Shown one piece after another: positions 29,735-37,542 of a stretch of 64,000 bases of DNA. The position numbers were made by a program, and so were the translations under genes. Under the pieces are notes generated by a model, which did not search any database, was not told where the DNA came from, and saw only the letters and a program-made list of their open reading frames with translations. Position 1 is the stretch's first letter. Every line of letters begins with the position of its first letter. This stretch comes from Gemmatimonadales bacterium (GTDB lineage Bacteria > Gemmatimonadota > Gemmatimonadetes > Gemmatimonadales > GWC2-71-9): assembly GCA_036397755.1 (NCBI GenBank), contig DASWII010000072.1:34883-98882 (forward strand), written 5' to 3'.

Positions 29735-29821
29735 CGGCCCGCCTTGGACGGTCATTTTGGCGGGCGGCTTCTGGGTGGAATCTCCTCCCCGCTGATCATA
29801 TCCCTCAGATCGAGGCGGTGT

Positions 29822-30715
29822 ATGACCTCAGTTCGTACGACGAAGGCCAAGGGCTTCTTTCGCTCTCCTGCCTCCGGCGCATTTGATCAGTACCTCGTCG
29901 ACATCCAAAAACTCCCGCTCATCAAAGATCCGGCTGAAGAACGCAGGCTCGCACGCCTAGCCAGGGCCGGTGACGCGTCCGCCGCGGAGGCCTTGGTCAC
30001 GGCGAACCTCCGGTTCGTCATTTCGTACGTGAAGAAGTACCAAGGACACGGACTCGATCTTGGCGAGCTGGTCGCGATCGGCAACGAGGGCCTGCTCAAG
30101 GCCGTGAGGAAGTTCGACCCGGACCAGGGCGTCAAGTTCATCTCGTACGCCGTGTGGTGGGTTCGCCAGGCGGTATTGAAGGCGCTGGCGGAACAGACCC
30201 GCAGTGTCCGGATTCCGCTGAATCAGAACAGCCATCTGATCCGGATGTCCCGCACGGAGACGTATCTCTCGCAGGAGTTGGGGCGGGAACCCACCGATGC
30301 CGAGATCGCCAAGGCCCTGCAGGACACGGTCGATAACGTGCGCGCGGCTCGGCGGATGACGGCGGCGGAAATGTCGTTGGACGCGCCCATCGACCGCACG
30401 GATCGGGACGCGGCCACCGTGGGCGAACGGTTCGTCGCTGACGAGGGCAACGATATCGAGGAGCACACCGACGGGAAGCTGCAGCGTGAGTTCATCGAGC
30501 GCATTTTCGAGAAGTACCTCACGCCGCGCGAGCAGAAGATCCTGTACCTGTACTACGGACTCGAAGAAGGCTCCGAGGGCATGACCCTGGAGAAGATCGG
30601 CGACCTCATGGGCGTGACGCGTGAACGGATTCGACAGATTCGAGAGCGCGCGTTCGAGAAGCTCCGCGACAGCCCGGACGGCAAGGCCCTCATGGGGTTC
30701 TGGCGCGCCGCCTAA
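29822..30715 (+). CDS. RNA polymerase sigma factor, sigma-70 (RpoD/SigA-like) family, 297 aa
   Basis: Regions 2-4 are recognisable: LVTANLRFVISYVKKY, GNEGLLKAVRKFDPDQGVKFISYAVWWVRQAV, IRIPLN, and TLEKIGDLMGVTRERIRQIRERAFEKLR. ATG at 29822 is preferred to the track start at 29744. Confidence 0.9.
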   Translation: MTSVRTTKAKGFFRSPASGAFDQYLVDIQKLPLIKDPAEERRLARLARAGDASAAEALVTANLRFVISYVKKYQGHGLDLGELVAIGNEGLLKAVRKFDPDQGVKFISYAVWWVRQAVLKALAEQTRSVRIPLNQNSHLIRMSRTETYLSQELGREPTDAEIAKALQDTVDNVRAARRMTAAEMSLDAPIDRTDRDAATVGERFVADEGNDIEEHTDGKLQREFIERIFEKYLTPREQKILYLYYGLEEGSEGMTLEKIGDLMGVTRERIRQIRERAFEKLRDSPDGKALMGFWRAA

Positions 30716-30744
30716 CCACCGCGCCGGCCACCGTGAGGACCTCG

Positions 30745-30777
30745 GAAGCCCGGTTCGTCGAGAACCGGGCTTCTTTG
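30745..30777 (+). terminator. rho-independent terminator after the sigma-factor gene
   Basis: A perfect 12-bp stem, GAAGCCCGGTTC (30745-30756) with GAACCGGGCTTC (30762-30773), has a 5-nt loop and is followed by TTTG. It lies 30 nt after the stop codon. Confidence 0.7.
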
Positions 30778-30884
30778 CATATCGCGATCGCCGCGCCGGC
30801 CGGCGCACGTTCGCTCCGTGGACTGCGGTCGATCGAATCCCGCGCGACTATCGACCGCACTTCCTCGTCCGCTACTTTCCACCG

Positions 30885-32336
30885 ATGACGACCCACGCAG
30901 ACCAGGTCGTACGCGCACTGACAGCCGCCGTCGGCCCGCGGTGGATCCGGCAGAACCCGACGGCGCTCGAGACCTATGCGCGAGATGGGCTGCCCACGTA
31001 TCGCGCGCGGCCGGCGCTCGCGGTCCTCCCTGGAAGCCATGAGGAAGTGGTGCGGTGCGTCCGCGCGCTGGCGCACCACGGAGTTCCCTTCGTCGCTCGG
31101 GGCGCCGGGACCGGCCTCTCGGGAGGAGCGCTCGCGGGCCCGGACGCGGTGCTGATCGTGCTCACGCGCCTGAACCGGGTGCTGGCCATCGACGGTCCAA
31201 ACCGCCGTGCCACAGTGGAGCCCGGGGTCGTGAACGTGCGGTTGTCGGAGGCGGCGGCGCCCTACGGACTCCACTATGCGCCCGACCCCTCCAGCCAGAC
31301 GGCCTGCACGATCGGAGGCAACGTCGCGGAAAACGCCGGGGGGCCGCACTGTCTCAAGTACGGTGTCACGACCAACCACATCGTCGCACTGACAGTTGTG
31401 TTGCCCGACGGCACGGCCGCGCAGCTGGGCTCGCCGACCGGGGACCCCTGCGGGCCGGATCTCGTGGGCCTGTTCGTGGGGAGTGAGGGCATGTTCGGCA
31501 TCGCGACGGAGGTCACAGTGCGCCTCACCCCGGTGCCGAGCGTGGTGCGGACGCTGCTTGCGGACTTCGATGACCTGCGGCAGGCGGGAGAGGCCGTGTC
31601 GGCGATCGTGCGTTCGGGCATCGTGCCCGCGGCGCTGGAAATGATGGACCGAAACTGCATCGCGGCGGTCGAGGCATCGATCTACGCCGCGGGCTATCCG
31701 GTGGACGCGGCGGCCGTTCTCCTCGTCGAGGTCGACGGCCGCGATTGGGAGGCCGTGACGGCGGAGGCCGTGGCGGTGGAGGCGCTGTTGCACGATCAAG
31801 GAGCCCGAAGCGTGCGAACGGCTTCGGACGAGCGAGAACGCAGCCGTCTCTGGCAAGGCCGCAAGAAGGCGTTTGGCGCCATGGGGCGGATCAGTTCGGA
31901 TCTCGTTGTCCAGGACGCCGTGGTACCTCGTTCGACCCTCCCCGACGTCCTGACGGCCATCGACGAGATCGCGGCGCGCTATCGGGTTCGGGTGGCCAAT
32001 GTGTTCCACGCTGGGGACGGCAATCTCCACCCGAACATCGCGTTCGACGCCCGCGACGCGGACGAGCATCGCCGCGTGGAGGACGCGTCGGTCGAGATCA
32101 TGCAAGCGTGCATCGCGGTCGGTGGATCGATCACCGGGGAGCACGGCGTCGGGTTGGACAAGCGGCGCTACATGCCGTCGATCTTCAGTCCCGACACGCT
32201 GGGCGCCATGCGGGCGGTGCGCCGCGCATTCGACCCCCAAGAACTCGCGAACCCCGGCAAAGTCCTGCCCACCCACAGCTGTCGTGAATGGCGGGCCGCG
32301 GGAGCGGCGGCCCGCCGTGGACCCGGTTCGGCGTGA
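30885..32336 (+). CDS. glcD: glycolate oxidase FAD-linked subunit GlcD
   Basis: ATG at 30885. An FAD-binding PCMH domain (VVRCVRALAHHGVPFVARGAGTGLSGGA) and GEHGVGLDKRRYM are present near the C-terminus. Confidence 0.88.
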   Translation: MTTHADQVVRALTAAVGPRWIRQNPTALETYARDGLPTYRARPALAVLPGSHEEVVRCVRALAHHGVPFVARGAGTGLSGGALAGPDAVLIVLTRLNRVLAIDGPNRRATVEPGVVNVRLSEAAAPYGLHYAPDPSSQTACTIGGNVAENAGGPHCLKYGVTTNHIVALTVVLPDGTAAQLGSPTGDPCGPDLVGLFVGSEGMFGIATEVTVRLTPVPSVVRTLLADFDDLRQAGEAVSAIVRSGIVPAALEMMDRNCIAAVEASIYAAGYPVDAAAVLLVEVDGRDWEAVTAEAVAVEALLHDQGARSVRTASDERERSRLWQGRKKAFGAMGRISSDLVVQDAVVPRSTLPDVLTAIDEIAARYRVRVANVFHAGDGNLHPNIAFDARDADEHRRVEDASVEIMQACIAVGGSITGEHGVGLDKRRYMPSIFSPDTLGAMRAVRRAFDPQELANPGKVLPTHSCREWRAAGAAARRGPGSA

Positions 32337-33523
32337 TGGACGACCTCCGGGCCACCCTCGAGTCCGTCGCCGGCCCCGGATCGGTCAGTGACTCCGCCGT
32401 CCCGCGGGTCACTCCCAGCAACGCGGCCACATGTGCCACGTTGCTCCACGCCGCCTCGACCCATGGATGGAGGATCGCCGTACGCGGTAACGGGACGTGG
32501 TGTGGCGCCGGAGCGGATCAGGCGGACTTCGTGCTCAGCACGGCAGGCCTCAGCACGATCCGTGACCTGAGCGCCGCGAACCTCGTGGCCACGGTGGACG
32601 CGGGACTCAACTGGGAGTCCTTTCAACGGACACTCCTGCAACACGGCGCATGGGTGGCGCTCGACCCCCCGGGCGCGGGCCGAACGGTCGGATCGGTCGT
32701 CGCCAGCGCCACCGCCGGGCCGCTCCAGAGTGGCTTCGGCGCCGTGCGGGACCAGCTCCTCGGTCTCACCGTCGTCACGGGTGACGGGCGGACGGTGTCT
32801 CCGGGTGGCCGCGTCGTGAAGAACGTCGCCGGTTTCGACCTCACGCGCCTGCTGTGCGGCAGTTGGGGCGCGTTCGGCGTGATCACCTCGGTCACCTTTC
32901 GCCTCAGGGCGAAGCCCTCGGAGGGTCTCACGTTGTGCCACACCGGTGTCATCGATGACGTGATGACGGCCGCGCTCGACCTGATGCGGTCGGGCCTGAC
33001 TCCGCCGGCGCTCGAAATCCGGAGGGAGGATGGTGGCAACGAGTGGATACTCCTGGTGCGCCTCCTCGACACGGCGGCCGGCGTGGAAGCGGCCCGTGCG
33101 TCCGTTCGGACGCTGCTCCCCAGACTGGAGGTGCTCCCGGCCGCTCACGCGGATCGACTGTGGAACGACGGGGGTGCCATGACGGTTGGCAGCGTGACCC
33201 TCCGCGTTGGCGCCCTTGCCACCCAGATCGCGGAGGCGGCGGCGATGGTCGAACGCGCTCTCGGGCCCTCCACGACGTCGATCAACCCCGTCGCGGGCTG
33301 GATGCGGTGGAACGGAGACGCCGACGCCGCGGCGCTGCACGCGTTGCGTGCCGCCGCGGAACAGCGGGCGATGCCGCTCACGATCGAGCGCGGTCCGCCG
33401 TCGTTGCTGGAGCAACTCGGCCATTGGGGAGCGCTCGCGGCGGGCGTGAGCCCGCTGGTGGACCGGCTGCGCGTCACCTTCGATCCGGGTGCGATCTTGG
33501 TCGCGCCGCTGCGGGCCGCGTGA
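32336..33523 (+). CDS. glcE: glycolate oxidase FAD-binding subunit GlcE
   Basis: ATG at 32336 overlaps the glcD TGA by 1 nt. The product has an FAD-binding domain pattern (VKNVAGFDLTRLLCGSWGAFGVIT) and sits between glcD and glcF. Confidence 0.8.
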   Translation: MDDLRATLESVAGPGSVSDSAVPRVTPSNAATCATLLHAASTHGWRIAVRGNGTWCGAGADQADFVLSTAGLSTIRDLSAANLVATVDAGLNWESFQRTLLQHGAWVALDPPGAGRTVGSVVASATAGPLQSGFGAVRDQLLGLTVVTGDGRTVSPGGRVVKNVAGFDLTRLLCGSWGAFGVITSVTFRLRAKPSEGLTLCHTGVIDDVMTAALDLMRSGLTPPALEIRREDGGNEWILLVRLLDTAAGVEAARASVRTLLPRLEVLPAAHADRLWNDGGAMTVGSVTLRVGALATQIAEAAAMVERALGPSTTSINPVAGWMRWNGDADAAALHALRAAAEQRAMPLTIERGPPSLLEQLGHWGALAAGVSPLVDRLRVTFDPGAILVAPLRAA

Positions 33524-34773
33524 CGACGGCGCTCCCGGAGCTGGATCCGTGTGTCCATTGCGGGTTCTGTCTCCAGCAATGTCCGACCTACCTGGTGACG
33601 AGCGACGAGGCGGACGGCCCCCGCGGCCGGATCGTGCTCATGCAGGGGTTCGCGCGCGGTACCCTCACGCCCGGGGACCCGCAGCTGCGGGTGCATCTCG
33701 ACCGCTGCCTGGGCTGCCGGGCCTGCGAAACCGCGTGCCCGTCGGGAGTCGCGTATGGACACGCGCTGGAATCGGTGCGGGCGGAGTTGGTGCGGCACCG
33801 AGCGGCACCGCCCGCCGTGCGCGCGGTGAACGCCGTGATGCGCTGGCCCGTGGTGCGTCGCCTGATCCTGGGCGTGGCGCGAGCGGTGCGGCCCATCGCC
33901 CGGACGCTCGCCGGTCCGTCACGCCCCGGATTCCTCATGGCCATGCTGGGAGCGACGGTATCGCCGAACCTCCGGCACCGAACCTCCGCGTACATGACGC
34001 GTTCGCATGGGAAGCAACTCCGGACCGCCGCGCTCTTCACCGGATGCATCATGGACGATCTGTTCGGGCATGTGCACCGGGCCACGGAGCGGGTGCTGCG
34101 GGTGAACGGCTACGAGGTGCTGCGTCCGCGCTCCCAAGCCTGTTGCGGCGCGCTGCACGCGCATGCTGGTGACCACGACGGCGCGGTCCAATTGGCGGCG
34201 GCCAACGTCGAGGCGTTTGCCGCGCTGCCGGCGGACGTCGTGATCGCGGTCAACAGCGCCGGGTGCGGCGCCATGTTGCGGGAGTATCCGCGAGTCCTGC
34301 GGGGGCATCCACGGGAAGCGCAGGCAACGGCGTTGGCCGACCGGGTGCAAGACGTTACCGAACTCCTCGCGGCTGTCGGACCGCGAGCCGGGGGGTCGCT
34401 GCCGCTTCGCGTGGCCTACGACGCGCCGTGCCATCTCGTGCACGCCCAGCGGGTCGCGGACGCGCCCCTCCGCGTGCTCGAGGCCATTCCGGATCTCGTG
34501 CTCGTGCCGCACCACGAAGCCGACCTGTGTTGCGGGAGCGCGGGGAGCTATACCCTGGCGGAGCCGCACCTGTCCCGCGACGTATTGAATCGCAAGCTCG
34601 ACAGCATCCGATCCGCGGCGCCCGACATCGTGGTGACGGGGAACCCCGGTTGCATCATGCAGATTGGCGGTGGGCTGCTCGCGAACGGCGACCCTATCGA
34701 GGTGGTGCACCCTGTGGAGCTGCTTGACCGCGCGTACGCCGAAGCGGGATTCTACGAGCCGATGCATGCCTGA
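33520..34773 (+). CDS. glcF: glycolate oxidase iron-sulfur subunit GlcF
   Basis: GTGA overlap with glcE. Two 4Fe-4S motifs (CVHCGFCLQQCP and CLGCRACETACP) are followed by CCG-type cysteine-rich repeats. Confidence 0.88.
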   Translation: MTTALPELDPCVHCGFCLQQCPTYLVTSDEADGPRGRIVLMQGFARGTLTPGDPQLRVHLDRCLGCRACETACPSGVAYGHALESVRAELVRHRAAPPAVRAVNAVMRWPVVRRLILGVARAVRPIARTLAGPSRPGFLMAMLGATVSPNLRHRTSAYMTRSHGKQLRTAALFTGCIMDDLFGHVHRATERVLRVNGYEVLRPRSQACCGALHAHAGDHDGAVQLAAANVEAFAALPADVVIAVNSAGCGAMLREYPRVLRGHPREAQATALADRVQDVTELLAAVGPRAGGSLPLRVAYDAPCHLVHAQRVADAPLRVLEAIPDLVLVPHHEADLCCGSAGSYTLAEPHLSRDVLNRKLDSIRSAAPDIVVTGNPGCIMQIGGGLLANGDPIEVVHPVELLDRAYAEAGFYEPMHA

Positions 34774-35764
34774 CATTCCCGAACCCCTGTACCTCGACGC
34801 TCGCGCGCTCTCGCCGGACGACGAGCGCGCTTGCCGGCGCGGCGCGGCGTTCGCGCAGGCGCCCGTGCACGTGGTGCGCCTGGAGGGAGCCGCTCCGGTA
34901 CAGTGCATACAGGGGTTGCTCACGAACGACGTCGAGGCGGCCGGCCCCGCGGGGTTCCTTTACGGAGCGGTGCTGACGCCAAAAGGGATGATCCTCACCG
35001 ATCTGTGGGTGGAGCGTCTCGAACCGGCCGTGACGCTGTTCGCCCCCCTGGCAGGCGCGACGGCGCTGACGAGCGTACTGAGTCGTTACGTCCCTCCGAG
35101 GATGGCGCGCGCGACGGTGATGACGGACGCCATGGTCGTCCTGCGTCTCGTCGGCTCGCATGCTGCCGACACCGCCAGCCGCGCCGGTCTCGCCGTTCCG
35201 GAGCCGGGCCGCAGCGTCCAGGGTGAACTGGACGGCATGGACTACATCCTGTCGCGGACACCCCTCGACGCGCCGTTCGTCTTGCAGATCACGACGGCCG
35301 ATCCGGCGCCCGTACAGCAGGCGCTCTCGGCGGCAGGGGCGGTCGCGGTGGCCCAGGCCGGACTCGATCTCGTGCGCGCGCTGGCTGGGTGGCCGGCCCT
35401 TGGGCACGAGATCGGAGACAAGACACTCCCGCAGGAAGCGCGTTTCGACGACATCGACGCCGTATCCTACTCGAAAGGGTGCTACACCGGTCAGGAAACG
35501 GTTGCCCGTCTCCACTTCCGCGGCCATGCCAATCGTCGCATCGCGGGTCTCGAGTGGGCCGCGACTCCCGACCCGGGGACGGGAGCGATCACCGTGGATG
35601 ACCGAGAGGTCGGCCGGATCACGAGCGTGATCTGGTCGCACACGCTGGACCGCTTCATCGGCCTTGGCATGGTGCGCCGCGAGGTGGAGGAGGGTGCGAC
35701 CGTCGTCGCAGGCGGCGTCGCCGCCGTGGTCACGACCCTGCCACTCGACCACGTGGAGCAATGA
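34766..35764 (+). CDS. ygfZ: YgfZ/GcvT-family folate-binding protein
   Basis: ATG at 34766 overlaps the glcF end. A GcvT-like N-terminal region and the KGCYTGQETVARLHFRG signature of YgfZ-type proteins are present. Confidence 0.8.
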   Translation: MPDIPEPLYLDARALSPDDERACRRGAAFAQAPVHVVRLEGAAPVQCIQGLLTNDVEAAGPAGFLYGAVLTPKGMILTDLWVERLEPAVTLFAPLAGATALTSVLSRYVPPRMARATVMTDAMVVLRLVGSHAADTASRAGLAVPEPGRSVQGELDGMDYILSRTPLDAPFVLQITTADPAPVQQALSAAGAVAVAQAGLDLVRALAGWPALGHEIGDKTLPQEARFDDIDAVSYSKGCYTGQETVARLHFRGHANRRIAGLEWAATPDPGTGAITVDDREVGRITSVIWSHTLDRFIGLGMVRREVEEGATVVAGGVAAVVTTLPLDHVEQ

Positions 35765-36948
35765 AGTGGCGTGGCGTGGGGCCAGGGGCCATCGTCGCGG
35801 CGGCGTTCATTGGACCGGGGACCGTGACCACGGCGACGTTGGCTGGCGCCCGCCACGGCATGACCCTGCTCTGGGCGCTCCTGTTTGCCACCCTCGCCAC
35901 CATCGTCCTGCAGGAAATGAGCGCCCGGCTGGGGCTCACGACGGGCGCGGGGTTGGGTCACGCGCTCCGCGCCGTCCGCGGCCCTCGCTGGCTCGGCATC
36001 ACGCTGGCGGCGCTGGCGGCCATGGCGATCGTGAGCGGCGTCGCGGCCTACGAGGCGGGCAACCTCACCGGGGCTTCACTCGGACTGGAATCCGCAACCG
36101 GAGTTCCGTTGCGCCTGTGGATCGGCATCGGCACGGTCGTTGCCGGCCTGCTGCTCTGGAGCGGAAGGTACAGGTGGTTGGAGCGGGTCCTGGCGGGCTG
36201 CGTCGCGATCATGGGCATCGTCTTCCTCGCGACCGCCGTGATGGTGACGCCCCATCTCGGAGACATCTTCGCGGGCTTCTTCGTTCCGCGCATGCCCGCT
36301 GGCGCGGAACTGACCGCCATGGGCCTGGTGGGCACGACCATCGTGCCGTACAACCTCTTCCTGCATGCGGCGGCGGTGCAGGAGCGGTTCGGCGGCCCGC
36401 AGGACCTCGCGGTGGCCCGCCTGGATCTCGTCTTGGCCATCGGTCTCGGGGGCGTCGTTTCGGCGGCCATCGTCGTGACCGCGAGTGCGGGGTTGGGCGG
36501 CGGGCCGGTCGAATCGGCAGCCGACATGGCGGGGCAGCTCGAGCCACTCCTCGGACCGTGGGCTCGCGTCGCGTTCGCCACGGGCCTCGCGGCCGCCGGG
36601 GTCTCGTCCGCAATCACTGCCCCGCTCGCGGCCGCGTACACGGTGCTCGACACGCGGGGGCACGGTCGAGATATCCGACGGGCGGAGGCCCGGGTCGTGT
36701 GGGCTGCCTGCGTGGTGCTGGGTGGGGTGATCGCGTTCACGGCCGTACGGCCCATCCCGCTCATTCTCTTCGCCCAGGTCGTGAACGGGCTCATCCTGCC
36801 GGGCGTAACCGTGGTGTTGTTGATCGCGATGAACGACCGGTCGCGGCTTGGTGCGCAAGTGAACGGCTGGAAAGGGAACTTGGCCGGAGGCATCGTCGCC
36901 GCATTGACCCTCGTGTTGGGTCTTCGCGCGGTGGTGGGAGCGTTCTAA
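35761..36948 (+). CDS. NRAMP-family transporter with non-canonical metal-site residues
   Basis: ATGA overlap with ygfZ. The product has 11-12 TM helices. TM1 is NRAMP-like (GPGAIVAAAFIGPGTVTTATLAGA) and so is TM6 (GTTIVPYNLFLHA), but both depart from the DPGN/MPH consensus. Confidence 0.85.
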   Translation: MKWRGVGPGAIVAAAFIGPGTVTTATLAGARHGMTLLWALLFATLATIVLQEMSARLGLTTGAGLGHALRAVRGPRWLGITLAALAAMAIVSGVAAYEAGNLTGASLGLESATGVPLRLWIGIGTVVAGLLLWSGRYRWLERVLAGCVAIMGIVFLATAVMVTPHLGDIFAGFFVPRMPAGAELTAMGLVGTTIVPYNLFLHAAAVQERFGGPQDLAVARLDLVLAIGLGGVVSAAIVVTASAGLGGGPVESAADMAGQLEPLLGPWARVAFATGLAAAGVSSAITAPLAAAYTVLDTRGHGRDIRRAEARVVWAACVVLGGVIAFTAVRPIPLILFAQVVNGLILPGVTVVLLIAMNDRSRLGAQVNGWKGNLAGGIVAALTLVLGLRAVVGAF

Positions 36949-37050
36949 TATCGCGCCCCGGGAATTCGTTGTCCGGATCGCGACTGTCCCGGCGACCCGG
37001 CGAGGGCGATCAGCGCCCCTAACCGCGATCCACAACGCTGGGGAGGCGCG

Positions 37051-37542
37051 CTAGTCGTCGGGATTCCCGATATCCGCTTCCACCTTCCACACCCCGTCGG
37101 CGCCGCGACGCCACACCGTCAGATACGAACCGGTGCGCTCGACCACCTGCCCGGCGGCGGCGCGACGCGTGGAGACGTATCTGCCGATCGTGTAGCCGAG
37201 CATTCCATCGGGTGAGGCGTGAGCCTCCACCGGTTCCCACCTGATATGAAAGGTCGTGTCCGCAAACTCCGGCGTCATCAATTCGCGAATCGCCGCGTGG
37301 CCGCGCAGGGCACCGCCCGGTTGGAACACCGCCCCACTGTCGGCGAACGCATCGACCCATGCGTCGACACGACGCATGGCCACGTCACGCGCGAAGGCGC
37401 GGTCGGCCTCCATGAGTTCCCCTTGAGCGCGCAGGCTCGGACCGGCATTTGGCTGCGGTGCGCAGGACCACAACGCGAGAACGACCACGCCGCTTCGCAC
37501 CATCGACGTGCCGCGCGCCGCGCACGGCGTCCCGTCACTCAC
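37051..37542 (-). CDS. secreted SnoaL/DUF4440-like (NTF2-fold) protein
   Basis: The product has a signal-like N-terminus. ADRAFARDV...GAVF...GSYLTVWRR..DGVWKVEADIGN is the typical DUF4440 pattern. GTG at 37542 overlaps the upstream stop; ATG at 37503 is an alternative. Confidence 0.7.
   Translation of the reverse strand: MSDGTPCAARGTSMVRSGVVVLALWSCAPQPNAGPSLRAQGELMEADRAFARDVAMRRVDAWVDAFADSGAVFQPGGALRGHAAIRELMTPEFADTTFHIRWEPVEAHASPDGMLGYTIGRYVSTRRAAAGQVVERTGSYLTVWRRGADGVWKVEADIGNPDD

Noticed and set aside
29552-29755. 67-aa minus-strand ORF in the A+T-rich island upstream of the sigma-factor gene.
   Set aside because: It lies entirely in promoter-like A+T-rich DNA, has no RBS, has codon usage unlike the rest of the window, and overlaps the predicted -35/-10 elements.
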